The notes beneath the pieces were generated by a model, which saw only the letters and a list, made by a program, of their open reading frames with translations, was not told the origin of the DNA and made no database searches. Made by a program: the position numbers and the translations under genes. This document shows positions 24,613-34,862 of a stretch of 64,000 bases of DNA, piece by piece. The stretch covers positions 2,208,001 to 2,272,000 of the forward strand of contig CAVXXK010000001.1 in assembly GCA_963765675.1 (NCBI GenBank), read 5' to 3'. The DNA comes from an uncultured delta proteobacterium. GTDB lineage: Bacteria > Desulfobacterota > Binatia > Binatales > Binataceae. Numbering within the stretch: the first letter of the stretch is position 1; each line of letters begins with the position of its first letter.

Positions 24613-25515
24613 TTAAAATTCCGGTTCGTGCTGGCGGCGGCTGTCGCGCTCGAGCTGCACGGTCATGTGATGGATGTTGAAATTGGCGCGCAGCATTTCC
24701 GACATCTGATGCAGCACCAGGTCCTGATCGATATCCGCGCGCACTACGCAGTGCGCCGCCAGCGCAAACTGATGCGAGGTCAGGCACCATACGTGCAAGT
24801 CATGAACCTCCTCGGCGCCCTCGACCGCCAGCAGATCGCCGCGCAGCCGCTCGAGGTCGATATGCTCCGGCACCGACTCCATCAGGATGTCGACGCCCTC
24901 GCGCACCAGGCCCCATGAGCTGTAGAGCACCAGCGCGCCGATCAGGATGCTGACGGCGGGGTCGGCCTGCCAGGTGCCGGTGAAATAAACCAGCGCGCCC
25001 GCAACCAGCACGCCGATCGAGCCGATCAGGTCCGAGATCACGTGGACGAAAACCGCCCGCACCGCTAGACCGCGTCTGCCGCCGGAGGGGTGAGTGTCCG
25101 CGGTGATCCATGCGGCCAGCGAGTTCACAGCGATCCCGATTACCGCGACCGCCATCACGCCGAGACCATGCACGTGCTCGGGATGCCGCAGGCGCGCGAA
25201 CGCCTCGATCCAGATGAACGCGACCAGCAGCCATAAAAATAGTCCGTTGAGCAATGCGCCCAGAATTTCCGCGCGCAGGTAGCCGAAAGTCTTACCCTGG
25301 TTTGCGGGACGCGCCGAAATCCAAAGCGTCAGCAGGCTCAGGCAGATCGCCGCGATGTCGGTCAGCATGTGGATCGCGTCGGAGAACAGCGCGAGGCTGT
25401 TGGTCAGCCATCCAGCGACAAGCTCGAGCGCGAAATAGCCCACGGCAATCGCGAGCACGAGATAGAGGCGGCGGCGATCGGTCGGAAGGCGAGCGTTATG
25501 GTTGGATGCTTCCAC
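24613..25515 (-). CDS. Cation diffusion facilitator (CzcD/ZitB-like)
   Basis: SLALFSDAIHMLTD, TFGYLRAE, HVISD, VHDLHVW, HMTVQLE. Confidence 0.93.
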   Translation of the reverse strand: MEASNHNARLPTDRRRLYLVLAIAVGYFALELVAGWLTNSLALFSDAIHMLTDIAAICLSLLTLWISARPANQGKTFGYLRAEILGALLNGLFLWLLVAFIWIEAFARLRHPEHVHGLGVMAVAVIGIAVNSLAAWITADTHPSGGRRGLAVRAVFVHVISDLIGSIGVLVAGALVYFTGTWQADPAVSILIGALVLYSSWGLVREGVDILMESVPEHIDLERLRGDLLAVEGAEEVHDLHVWCLTSHQFALAAHCVVRADIDQDLVLHQMSEMLRANFNIHHMTVQLERDSRRQHEPEF

Positions 25516-25561
25516 GACTGAATGCCGCCTCGTCCTTCCGGACGCGTATACGATCGAGCTG

Positions 25562-26080
25562 CTAGTAGCTGACGAGCGAAAAGCTCTTCGCGGGCGCGAT
25601 GCGCGCAAGGCCGCCGAGCGCCGACAATTCGACGATAAATGCGCACCCGACCACCACGCCGCCAATCTTGCGCACCAGCTTGAGAGCAGCTTCGGCGGTG
25701 CCGCCGGTTGCCAGCAAGTCATCGACGATCAGCACGCGCGAACCCGGCTTTATCGCGTCGCTATGCATCTGCAGCGACGCGCTGCCGTACTCGAGGTCAT
25801 ATGATTCATCAACGGTCGTAAACGGCAGCTTGCCCGGCTTGCGCGCGATCGCAAGGCCGACGCCCAGCCGATAGGCGACGGGAGCGCCGATAATGAAGCC
25901 GCGCGATTCGATTCCCAACACCGTATCGACCTGTCCCAGGTAGGGCTCGGCGAGTCCGTCAACTATTGCCGCAAAGCCCCGCGGGTCGGCGATAAGCGGC
26001 GTGATATCGCGGAACAGGATTCCGGTCTTGGGAAAGTCGGGGATGTCGCGAATGAGTTTCTTGATTTCTTCTGGAGTCAT
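25562..26080 (-). CDS. apt: Adenine phosphoribosyltransferase
   Basis: IPDFPKTGILFRDITP, ESRGF, RKPGKLP, YDLEYG, IVDDLLATGGT. Confidence 0.98.
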   Translation of the reverse strand: MTPEEIKKLIRDIPDFPKTGILFRDITPLIADPRGFAAIVDGLAEPYLGQVDTVLGIESRGFIIGAPVAYRLGVGLAIARKPGKLPFTTVDESYDLEYGSASLQMHSDAIKPGSRVLIVDDLLATGGTAEAALKLVRKIGGVVVGCAFIVELSALGGLARIAPAKSFSLVSY

Positions 26081-26193
26081 TTCCACTTCACTTGTGAATT
26101 TCGCTGGTGCCCGGCGCGAACCAGAGAGCTTACTCGGCGCCGAGCGGAAAATCCATTTTGAGCAATGCCGATCCGCGCGGAATTTCCGCCATG

Positions 26194-26961
26194 CTACATG
26201 CCGCCTTCGGCGGCATAGGTGATGCCAGGTGCCGCGGGAGGTTCGGGTAAAAAGGCGAGCGGGTTGCGCGCGATGTTGTCGTGGCGGACCTCGAAGTGCA
26301 GATTCGCGCCGGTGGTGCGTCCGCTGGTGCCGATTTCGCCGATCATCTGCCCGCGCGATACGTGGTCGCCTTCGCGCACGAAATTGCGCTCGTCGTGGCC
26401 GTACACCGTCGCATAATGATCGTCGTGCTGGATGATCACGGTGTTGCCGTAGCCGTGCAGGACTCCCGAGAAAACCACGACGCCATTGCCGGCGGCGAGC
26501 ACGGGAGTTCCAGCGGGCGCCGCGATATCGACACCTTCGTGCATCGCGCCGTTGCGGATTCCAAATCCCGAGGACACGACCCCCTCGGCGACCGGCCACG
26601 CGAATTGCCGCGACTCGCGCATCCCGCGATACGGCATCGCGTTCGAGGGTCCGTGCGGAGCACTGCTGAGAGCGGTTACCGGATGCGAACCTGGAATCGT
26701 GAGCGTCTGCCCAACGCGCAAATCGCGCGCGTCCGAGATCCCGTTTGCGGTCATCAGCCGTCCGACACTGACGCCGAATTTTGTCGCGATATGATAAACA
26801 GTGTCGCCCGGCTGCACCGTATACGATCGTTCGGAACCAGCCGAAGTGAAAGACTCCGAGCCGCCGCCGCATCCCGAGATTGCGAGCGCAACACAAAGCA
26901 CGAGCGCCGCGGATATCGCCGCTCGTCTGATACCTGTTGCGCTGTCGCGCACCGCCGCCAT
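26194..26961 (-). CDS. nlpD: LysM + M23 peptidase lipoprotein (NlpD-like)
   Basis: Lipobox LAISGC, LysM YTVQPGDT..IA, M23 HEGVDI and LHFEVR. It lies in a pcm-nlpD-apt arrangement. Start uncertain. Confidence 0.85.
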   Translation of the reverse strand: MAAVRDSATGIRRAAISAALVLCVALAISGCGGGSESFTSAGSERSYTVQPGDTVYHIATKFGVSVGRLMTANGISDARDLRVGQTLTIPGSHPVTALSSAPHGPSNAMPYRGMRESRQFAWPVAEGVVSSGFGIRNGAMHEGVDIAAPAGTPVLAAGNGVVVFSGVLHGYGNTVIIQHDDHYATVYGHDERNFVREGDHVSRGQMIGEIGTSGRTTGANLHFEVRHDNIARNPLAFLPEPPAAPGITYAAEGGM

Positions 26962-27052
26962 CCCATCCACCACCACATCCACCGTCGCCGTCCACCGCGA
27001 AAAACGCGTGCGCGGCCGGCCGCCGGTCAATCGAGGGCGCTACTGACTAACG

Positions 27053-27709
27053 TCACTCGTCTTTGAAGCCGTACTTGCCGGTCATTTTCACGTATCGGCA
27101 TTCGCCGAAATATTCTTCCTGCCAATGGCCGCTCTTGCGGCTGATTCGCACCAGGCTCTGCAACTCGTCCTCGCCGATCGGAGCGACCAGACGCCCCGCC
27201 GGAGTGAGCTGGCCGAGCAGCGGCATCGGGATGCCCGGCATCGCGGCGCTGACCACGATCACGTCGAACGGCGCGGGCTCTTCCCATCCTTCGGAGCCGT
27301 CGGCGAGCTTCAAATAGACATTCGACACGCCGAGGGAAGCCAGAATCACGTGCGCGCGATCATGCAGATGCGCCAGACATTCGACCGACCACACCTCGCG
27401 CGCGAGCGAAGCCAACACGGCGGCCTGGTAGCCCGAACCGGTCCCGATTTCCAGCACGCGCTCGCGCCCGGTCAGTGCCGCAGCCTGCGCGGTCAGCGCG
27501 ACCATATAAGGCTGAGAGATAGTCTGCGAATCGCCGATCGGCAGGGGCCCGTCGTCGTATGCGTGGCCTACGTATTCGGGCGGAAGGAAACGATGGCGCT
27601 CAATCGCGCGCATCGCGGCCAGCACTCGCCGGTCGCTTATTCCGCGCGCGGCGAGTTGCTCGGCAACCATCCGCTCGCGCGCCCGATCCAGGTCGTCAGC
27701 CATCGCCAC
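27053..27709 (-). CDS. pcm: Protein-L-isoaspartate O-methyltransferase
   Basis: QTISQPYMVA, VLEIGTGSGYQAA, APFDVIVV. Confidence 0.96.
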   Translation of the reverse strand: MAMADDLDRARERMVAEQLAARGISDRRVLAAMRAIERHRFLPPEYVGHAYDDGPLPIGDSQTISQPYMVALTAQAAALTGRERVLEIGTGSGYQAAVLASLAREVWSVECLAHLHDRAHVILASLGVSNVYLKLADGSEGWEEPAPFDVIVVSAAMPGIPMPLLGQLTPAGRLVAPIGEDELQSLVRISRKSGHWQEEYFGECRYVKMTGKYGFKDE

Positions 27710-27755
27710 TCAATTATACCCGCGGCGCCCGCGTCGAGTAAGGCGGACGATTTCA

Positions 27756-28376
27756 CTACCATGGACCGTCGAGCCACCGCTCAACCATCGGCAGCCGATC
27801 GCTGCCCCAAAAAGGCTCGCCGTCGACGAAGATCCAAGGCGACCCGAACACGCCGCGGGCGACCGCCTGTTCGCCTTGCTGGCGCGCTATGATTTTAACC
27901 TCGGGATCGGCGATACCCGCCAAGAGCATATCCCGGTCGATCCCGAGGGACGCGGCTGCGGCGGCGATGGCGTTGGGATCGTCGGTATCGAGGCCGTTCT
28001 GGAAGTAGCCGATGATGATGTGCTTTGCCAAAGCGGCGGCGGCATGCGCATCCTTTCGCTCGAGGTAATAAAAGGCGCGGATCGCCGGCAATCCCGTCCT
28101 TGGATGATTTCCAGGCAAGCTGAACGGCACTCCCTTGAGCCTTGCGAGGCGCTCCCAGTCACGGCGCGCATAGTCGCGCTTCAGCGGTGTGCGGCTCAGG
28201 CCTTGTGCGCCTGTGATTTTGAACGCGGCGCCGAGCGTAAACGGACGCCACGCGACTGTCCTGCCGTGGCGCTCGGCCAGCGCCTCAATTTCGAGCGCAC
28301 CGAAATAGGCGTAGCCTGAAGCAAAGTCGAACCAGAACTCGATTGGCGTCCCGCCACGCTGCCGTGCTTCGCTCAT
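27756..28376 (-). CDS. 2-hydroxychromene-2-carboxylate isomerase / kappa-GST (DsbA-like) family
   Basis: IEFWFDFASGYAY, WRPF.LG, GVFGSP, FWGSDRL. Confidence 0.88.
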   Translation of the reverse strand: MSEARQRGGTPIEFWFDFASGYAYFGALEIEALAERHGRTVAWRPFTLGAAFKITGAQGLSRTPLKRDYARRDWERLARLKGVPFSLPGNHPRTGLPAIRAFYYLERKDAHAAAALAKHIIIGYFQNGLDTDDPNAIAAAAASLGIDRDMLLAGIADPEVKIIARQQGEQAVARGVFGSPWIFVDGEPFWGSDRLPMVERWLDGPW

Positions 28377-28533
28377 TTTCTTTCGCCTCGCGGAAACAGG
28401 GCCTGAACTTCGAATCAGGACACTATCATTTAACACGGCATGGAAAATTCGGAACCGATATGTTACCCGGAATTGAAGGGTTTGAAGTTTGCGGCGATGG
28501 GCGTGACCGCGATGCCGATGGAGTGAAACGGCG

Positions 28534-29334
28534 ATGGCTGATGGCGCGAAACCATGGCGCGAAGAGACCGTCCGCGTGGACGGCACTGAGCTGAGCATTG
28601 CGATCGGCGGCGCGGGCAAGCCGATCCTGGTGCTGCACGACGAGCTGGGAAATCCCGGATTGCTCAAATGGAATCGCGCGCTGGCCGCGCGGCGCACGGT
28701 CGTCACGCCGCTTCATCCGGGCTTCGGCCGGACGCCGCGCGCGGAATGGATCGCCTCGATTCGCGACCTCGCGGCTTTTTACGCGCGCTATCTGATCGAA
28801 AATAATCTCGCGCCGATCGACGTGATCGGCTTTTCGCTCGGCGGATGGATCGCGGCCGAGATGGCGGCGTGCAATCCGGGCCAGTTCCGCAAGATGATCC
28901 TGGTTGCTCCGGCGGGAATCCGTCCGCCGCAGGGCGACATTCTCGATTTCTTCCAGATGATGGCGCCGCAGCAGGTGCTCGCGAGTGTGCGCGATCCAGC
29001 GGGCACACCCGAATTTGCCGAGCTGTACGGCGGTCCGATGTCGCCGGAGCAGTTCGAGTCGTTTGAAGACGCGCGCGCGCAAACCGCGCGCCTGGCGTGG
29101 ACTCCCTTCATGCACAATCCCTCGCTGCCGCATCTGCTGGGGGTCGCGGCGGGATTGCCTACGCTCGTGATGTGGGGCAGGCAGGACGCCGTGGTGCCGC
29201 CAAGCGCGGCGGAGTCGTGGCGTGCGGCGATCAAGGGCGCGCGAGTTGTGATGTTCGACGCGTGCGGCCATCGCCCGGAAATAGAAAGGTCCGCGGATTT
29301 CATCCGCGAGGCGGAAGCGTTCCTCGGCGACTAG
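28534..29334 (+). CDS. Alpha/beta hydrolase
   Basis: HPGFG, nucleophile elbow GFSLGG, WGRQD, CGHRP. Confidence 0.9.
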   Translation: MADGAKPWREETVRVDGTELSIAIGGAGKPILVLHDELGNPGLLKWNRALAARRTVVTPLHPGFGRTPRAEWIASIRDLAAFYARYLIENNLAPIDVIGFSLGGWIAAEMAACNPGQFRKMILVAPAGIRPPQGDILDFFQMMAPQQVLASVRDPAGTPEFAELYGGPMSPEQFESFEDARAQTARLAWTPFMHNPSLPHLLGVAAGLPTLVMWGRQDAVVPPSAAESWRAAIKGARVVMFDACGHRPEIERSADFIREAEAFLGD

Positions 29335-29354
29335 AGCGCCAGGGAGGTTCGACG

Positions 29355-30745
29355 ATGCACATAATGTATTTTACCGAGCGTCCGTACCGGGCGGTTCCCA
29401 ACGATGAAGTGATCAAGAACGGATTCTTTGGAATTCCGAACAAGCACTTCGACTCCGAGAAGGGCTCGGTCCTGCTCAACGAATATCTCGACGAAAAGAT
29501 TCTCGCCGAGGAGCTTGGCTTCGACGGCGTGATGCTGAACGAGCATCACGACACCGCCTTCTGCATGGGTTCGGTGATGAACGTCGAGGCATCGATCCTC
29601 GCGCGAATCACCAAGCGCGTCCGGATCATTTTGCTCGGCAATCCGCTTCCGGTGACCGGTAATCCGCTCAGGATGGCCGAGGAGCTGGCGATGATCGACA
29701 TGATCTCGCACGGCCGGCTGGTCACCGGATGGGTTCGTGGCGCAGGCAGCGAACAGTTCGCGACCAACGCCAATCCAGGCTTCAACCGCGAGTACTTCAA
29801 CGAGGCGCATGACCTCGTCGTGCAGGCGTGGACGCGGCCCGGTCCGTGGCGCTACGAGGGCAAGCATTTCCACTACCGCTTTGTCGATCCGTGGGCGCTG
29901 CCGCTGCAGAAGCCGCATCCTCCGATCTGGATTCCCGGCCTGCTGAGCCCCGAGACGGTGGTCTGGTGCGCACAGCATCGCTACCCGTACATCGCGCTTG
30001 CGACCTTCCTCGAACCCACCGTCGAGCTGTGGAACATCTATCGCGACGCGGCGGCGAAAGAGGGCTATCAGGTCGGTCCCGAGAATTTCGGCTATCTGCA
30101 AAAGGTCTTCGTTGCCGAGACCGACGAGAAGGCGCGCGAGCTCGCGAAGTGGGACATGTTCGGCGGCGCGGGAATCGGCTACAGCCTGTTCGGCAAGCCG
30201 CAGTGGATGTTCCCGCCCGGGTACAACAGCAAGGATGCGACTCGCCGCGTCGCGCGCCAGTTCTCGGACCCGGCGGCAGCCAAGGGCAGCCCATTCGCCG
30301 GCAATGGCGGCGCGGCGCCGGCCAAAGATTCCACCGCGGAAGAGCGAATCGCGCAGTCGCAAATCGATATGCGCGCGGGCGCGTGGTCGGACGAGCATAT
30401 CGATATCGAAGCCACGCGCAAGCAGATCTTCGACGCCTTCCCTCAAGTCGAGCGCGCGATGCAGGTAATCTGCGGCACGCCGAAACGGTCATCCCGAAAA
30501 TCCGCAAGGTGCTCGAAGTGCTGCGCCCCGGCATCTTCGGCTTCTGGCAGAACGACGGCCCGATCTCGGCCGAGGCGCGCACGCAGAACATCCGAATGAT
30601 CGCGGAAGAGGTGATGCCCGCGACGCGCGAAATCGCAAAGGAGCTCGGCCTGGTATCGCCGTTTGACGTAAAGCCCGGCTCGCGCAAGCTGCCCGCCTCG
30701 GGAATTCCCGACTCGGTAGGCTCGCTGGCCCCTCTGGCGCCGTAG
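29355..30745 (+). CDS. LLM-class flavin-dependent oxidoreductase (frameshifted at ~30484)
   Basis: AEELGFDGVMLNEHH, RMAEELAMID, PLQKPHPPIW. The C-terminus continues in another frame (..VIPKIRKVLEVLRPG..EEVMP). GGAGG RBS present. Confidence 0.88.
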
Positions 30746-30804
30746 CGTTATTGATTTTGCGGCGCGGTTGGGTGATACCGTCGCTTCACTTGGAGGACTT
30801 GTCG

Positions 30805-31248
30805 ATGGCGGGTGCAGAGGGCTTGGTTGATGCTTTGGGCGGCGTGCGATGGTGGCGATGCGGAATCATGGTTGTGGCGCTGACGCTGGTCGGATGCGGC
30901 CACAATCCGGCGCTTGGCAAATGGAGCATCGGTAAACGCGAGAAGGAAGTCGAAACTTCGGATATCGATGAGCTGACGCATGACATCCGAACCTCGACCG
31001 GTGCGACCACGATCGAATTTCGCAAGGACTCGATCGTGATCAGCGGCGGCGCCGCGGACCAGACCGAGAACAATATCGACTACAGCGTAGGAGGGATGGA
31101 TAGCGGCGCAACCAACGTCCGGATTCTCCAATCGCGCAAGGGCGACACCAGCGCCGATATCGACACGCTGCACATAGCACCCGACGGCAAAACCGCCACG
31201 CTCGAATCGCGCACCGAAGTGGTAGACCTCACGCGCGTCCAAAATTGA
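30805..31248 (+). CDS. Hypothetical lipoprotein
   Basis: GGAGG RBS, lipobox-like LTLVGC, then ALGKW (similar to the lipocalin-like GxW motif). Confidence 0.65.
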   Translation: MAGAEGLVDALGGVRWWRCGIMVVALTLVGCGHNPALGKWSIGKREKEVETSDIDELTHDIRTSTGATTIEFRKDSIVISGGAADQTENNIDYSVGGMDSGATNVRILQSRKGDTSADIDTLHIAPDGKTATLESRTEVVDLTRVQN

Positions 31249-31266
31249 GCTGATTAGCAGTGTAGT

Positions 31267-31343
31267 TGGTCGGGGTGGCCGGATTTGAACCGGCGACCAC
31301 TCGCACCCCAAGCGAGTGCGCTACCAGTCTGCGCCACACCCCG
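31267..31343 (-). tRNA. tRNA-Pro(GGG)
   Basis: CGGGGTGTGGCGCAGACTGGTAGCGCACTCGCTTGGGGTGCGAGTGGTCGCCGGTTCAAATCCGGCCACCCCGACCA. This is 77 nt with anticodon GGG, a T-loop and an encoded CCA. Confidence 0.97.
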
Positions 31344-31372
31344 ACCGTGAATTCGCGGGTATCGAATCCGAC

Positions 31373-31402
31373 AGTATAATTTCCGCCGCGACTACTCTAC
31401 AA
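31373..31402 (-). promoter_or_regulatory. Putative sigma70 promoter for tRNA-Pro
   Basis: Minus strand TTGTAG-N18-TATACT, about 30 nt upstream of the tRNA. Confidence 0.55.
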
Positions 31403-31420
31403 GACGAACTTCCCGCCGGT

Positions 31421-31550
31421 TGTCATTCCCGCGCGTGGCTGCCGCGCGAGGAATCCCGAATTCGGATAGTGCTCGAACCATCGTTCAGCATATGCGCAGG
31501 AGCAAATCCGGGATTCCTCGCGCCCGGCAGCCACGCGCGCGGGAATGACA
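31421..31550. repeat. TGTCATTCC-ended inverted-repeat element (REP/MITE-like)
   Basis: Arm TGTCATTCCCGCGCGTGGCTGCCGCGCGAGGAATCCCG (31421-31458) and its near-perfect inverse at 31509-31550. Confidence 0.88.
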
Positions 31551-31617
31551 CATCCACATTCGCGCGGTTCTCAAAATCGAACTGGATCACCGAATCGCCG
31601 CTGCGCGAGGCGCGCAC

Positions 31618-32361
31618 CTACGGCTTCTTTTTCGCGGCTACGCGCGGGCGCCATTGGACGTAGGAGCGCAGGTCGACCTGAAACGTCCACGAACTTTTCG
31701 GCTGATTGATCAGATGAACAATCTCGGCGCAGATTTGCGCCGGAGCGACGAAGTGCGACGGATCCGTGTCGGGCATCGCCTCGCGCACTCGCGCGCTGTC
31801 CACCGCGCCGTCGACGTCGAGCGCCGCCGCGTGGATCCCCCGATGCATAAACTCGTAGGCGACCGATTCCGCGATCGCACGCTGCGCGACCTTGGATGCC
31901 GTGTAGGCCGAGTACTGCGCCGGCCCGCCGCGCGTCTCTGATCCGAGCACGAAAATGATCGTGCCGTGTCCGCGCTCGGCCATCTTGCCCACAACGGCTT
32001 GGGTGCAGAAGAACGGACCGTATGTGTTGACCTTGAGCTGGAAATCGAAATCCTCTTCGGTGATTTCGAGCAGCGGCTTCTTCAGGTACGCGCCCGCGTT
32101 GTTGATCAGCACCGAGATTGGCCCGAGCTCGCGCTCGACCGCCTCGACCGACGCGAGCACCTGCTCGCGCTTGGAGACGTCGGTCGGCGTGACCAGAGCC
32201 TTGCCTCCGGCTTTGCGGATCAAGTCCGCGGTTTCGTCAAGCTGCGATTTGGTGCGTGCGATTAGTCCGCAGGCATAGCCTTCGCGCGCGAGACCAAGAG
32301 CGATGTCGCGGCCGATTCCGCGGCCAGCGCCAGTGACTAGAGCGATTTTTGCTTCCGGCAT
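31618..32361 (-). CDS. Short-chain dehydrogenase/reductase
   Basis: ALVTGAGRGIG, LINNAG, YTASK. Confidence 0.93.
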   Translation of the reverse strand: MPEAKIALVTGAGRGIGRDIALGLAREGYACGLIARTKSQLDETADLIRKAGGKALVTPTDVSKREQVLASVEAVERELGPISVLINNAGAYLKKPLLEITEEDFDFQLKVNTYGPFFCTQAVVGKMAERGHGTIIFVLGSETRGGPAQYSAYTASKVAQRAIAESVAYEFMHRGIHAAALDVDGAVDSARVREAMPDTDPSHFVAPAQICAEIVHLINQPKSSWTFQVDLRSYVQWRPRVAAKKKP

Positions 32362-32492
32362 AGGCGGCAATCTTATCCAGACTGCGCGCGCCTGCAAACC
32401 CGTTTGTGCGAGAGCCTTGGCGACGCACGTTGCGAGTGGTAGCCTTTCGATCAAGGAGCGCCGCGTGGTTTTGCGCGCGGCTCGGCACGCCG

Positions 32493-33116
32493 GTGGATGA
32501 GTATCAAAAATCCGCCCGAAGATCCGAGAGCAAATTCGCCCGCAAGTTCGGCCGACTGATCGCGGGCACCGCCTGCTCGATGCTGCTGATCAGCTTGAGC
32601 GCTCCGCGAATCGCGCTGGCCGAAGATCCTGCACCCGCTCCCGACGATTGGGAGCTCTCCGAGCAGGTGCTCGAAATTCCTCAGGCGTGCATCCCCGATG
32701 GCGTCGTGATGACGTGCGACGCGCTCGCCCCCGGCGACGATTCCTCCAGCACTGCCGCAGTCGATGGTTCCGCCAGCGCCGATCCCGCTGCCGACCCGAG
32801 CGCCGTGGCGAGTTCGGCCGGTTCCAGCAATACCGACGAGGCCTCGAGCGACCCGAGTCTCGGCAATCTGCAGGACTACGAAAACCAGGGTATCGTCGAG
32901 GCGCCGATCGCTCCGGTCTATACCTCGGGCGAGACTATCGTTCCGTATGGCCCGTCAACCTATTTTGTGCCTGCCGCGCCGATTGTTCTGGTTCCGGTGG
33001 CTCCGGTCACGATCGCGCGGCCGTTCGGCCATGGTCCGTGGATGATCCCGCCGCGGCGCGGCTTGCGGGGTGGGTTTCCGTTTCATGGGGGCTCGCGGCC
33101 GTTTCGCGTCCGCTGA
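32493..33116 (+). CDS. Hypothetical exported low-complexity protein
   Basis: Signal-like hydrophobic stretch, acidic Ser/Asp-rich middle, Pro-rich and Arg/Gly-rich tail. Start uncertain. Confidence 0.6.
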   Translation: MDEYQKSARRSESKFARKFGRLIAGTACSMLLISLSAPRIALAEDPAPAPDDWELSEQVLEIPQACIPDGVVMTCDALAPGDDSSSTAAVDGSASADPAADPSAVASSAGSSNTDEASSDPSLGNLQDYENQGIVEAPIAPVYTSGETIVPYGPSTYFVPAAPIVLVPVAPVTIARPFGHGPWMIPPRRGLRGGFPFHGGSRPFRVR

Positions 33117-33185
33117 AGCGGGGCGCTATTATCTGCGCACCGTCATTCTCGCACGCGGCTCGCGTCCGCGGCGGAGCGTCACTTC

Positions 33186-33956
33186 ATGCTCATCACGCTT
33201 GATGTAGGCAACAGCCACACTGTCATTGGAATTTACGAAGGCGAGCGTCTGGCTCATCACTGGCGGATCCAAACCGTCCCGGAACGCACGACCGACGAAC
33301 ATGGCGCTTTGCTGAATACGCTCTTGCTGGGCGCGGGAATCGAGCCCGGCTTCAGGCCCGATGGCGTGATCATCGCGTGCGTGGTGCCTCCTCTCAACCA
33401 GGCGATGGAGCAACTGTCGGAACGGTATTTCCGATGCGCCCCGCTGATGGTCGGACCGGGAATCAAAACCGGGATGCCGATTCTGTACGAGAATCCCAAA
33501 GAGGTGGGCGCCGATCGAATCGTCAACGCCGTCGCCGCTTTCGATAAATACGCGAGCGCCTGTATCGTCGTCGATTTTGGAACCGCAACCACGCTCGACT
33601 ACGTTACCGGCCGCGGTGAGTACGCCGGCGGCGCGTTGGCACCGGGGCTGGACGTCTCGATGAATGCGCTGATCCAGCGAGCGGCCAAGCTCTATCGCGT
33701 CGAGCTGGTCCGTCCGCGCGAGGTCGTGGGGCGCACGACTATCGGCTCGATTCAGTCAGGCTTGATTTTCGGCTATACCGCGCTGGTCGACGGACTCGTG
33801 CAGCGGATTCGTAAGGAACGCGGCGAAAAGACCCGGGTACTCGCGACCGGCGGCCTCGCGGGCTTGATCGCGCCCGAGAGCGAGACCATAGAAGAGGTGG
33901 ACGAGTTCCTGACGCTCAAGGGGCTTCGGCTGATTTTCGAGCGCAACCGCAGATAG
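33186..33956 (+). CDS. coaX: Type III pantothenate kinase
   Basis: LDVGNS, GADRIVN, VVDFGTATT, ATGG. Confidence 0.96.
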   Translation: MLITLDVGNSHTVIGIYEGERLAHHWRIQTVPERTTDEHGALLNTLLLGAGIEPGFRPDGVIIACVVPPLNQAMEQLSERYFRCAPLMVGPGIKTGMPILYENPKEVGADRIVNAVAAFDKYASACIVVDFGTATTLDYVTGRGEYAGGALAPGLDVSMNALIQRAAKLYRVELVRPREVVGRTTIGSIQSGLIFGYTALVDGLVQRIRKERGEKTRVLATGGLAGLIAPESETIEEVDEFLTLKGLRLIFERNRR

Positions 33957-33980
33957 GCAAGATCGGGCAGAGAGGAAGGT

Positions 33981-34862
33981 TTGATGGACAAGCAGCCCGC
34001 GCGGATCGTTACCGATTCCATGATCGGAATGAAGCTGCCGGACTACGCGCGCCATTCGCCGCGCGTTGCAACCGTGCTCGGCCATAACCCTGGGCCGTTT
34101 ACCGGACCGGGAACCAATACTTATATCGTCGGCTCGAGCCGGCGTCCGATGCTGCTCGACACCGGGCAGGGAGTTCCGATCTGGGCCGAACTGCTGGTCG
34201 ATGCGATGAAGGAGCTGTCGCACTCGAACGAACTCGATCGAATCGTCGTGACGCATGCGCATCCCGATCACGACGGCGGCGTCGCGCACGCGCGCGAACG
34301 TTTCGGCGACGTGCCGGTGCTGAAGATGCCGTGGCCCGGACACGACAAGGTCGCGCCCGATTCGATTACCGTCATCGGAGCCGACGCCGTAGTCGAGGCC
34401 GAAGGCGTGACGCTGCGCGCGATCCATACTCCCGGCCATGCGCCGGATCATCTGTGCTATTATCTGGCCGAGGAACGCGCGCTCTTTACCGGCGACGTTG
34501 TCCTGGGTGCGGGAACCACGGTGATTCCTGATGACACTGGAGACTTGGCGCAGTACATGGACTCGCTGCGTCGGCTGCTCGAGCTCGATCTCGAGACGAT
34601 CTATCCGGCGCACGGCCCGGTCATCCGCAATCCAAAGGAAAAGATTCGCGAATATATCGCGCATCGTGAACTGCGTGACCGCCAGATCCTCGAGGCGCTG
34701 GCTGCTGGCCCGCTGGAGGTGGTCGCGATCGTGAAGAAGATTTACACCGACGTGCCGGAATATCTGCATCCGGCCGCGGCTCGTTCGGTTCGCTCCCATC
34801 TGAAGAAGCTCGGTAGAGAGGGCCGGGTTACGGAGCATGAGCAGCACTGGAGTCTTAACTAA
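33981..34862 (+). CDS. MBL-fold metallo-hydrolase (LACTB2-like)
   Basis: NPGPFTGPGTNTY, THAHPDH, TPGH..DH, GD, PAHG and a C-terminal winged-helix-like tail. Confidence 0.9.
   Translation: MMDKQPARIVTDSMIGMKLPDYARHSPRVATVLGHNPGPFTGPGTNTYIVGSSRRPMLLDTGQGVPIWAELLVDAMKELSHSNELDRIVVTHAHPDHDGGVAHARERFGDVPVLKMPWPGHDKVAPDSITVIGADAVVEAEGVTLRAIHTPGHAPDHLCYYLAEERALFTGDVVLGAGTTVIPDDTGDLAQYMDSLRRLLELDLETIYPAHGPVIRNPKEKIREYIAHRELRDRQILEALAAGPLEVVAIVKKIYTDVPEYLHPAAARSVRSHLKKLGREGRVTEHEQHWSLN

Noticed and set aside
26081-26995. Apparent 300-aa N-terminal fusion to apt
   Set aside because: It is an Arg-rich off-frame reading of nlpD. apt starts at 26080.
28445-28475. Imperfect palindrome between the divergent isomerase and hydrolase genes
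   Set aside because: It is too degenerate to call an operator without comparative data.
30746-31343. tRNA-Pro as an integration site for an island or prophage
   Set aside because: I saw no integrase and no duplicate of the tRNA 3' end in the window.
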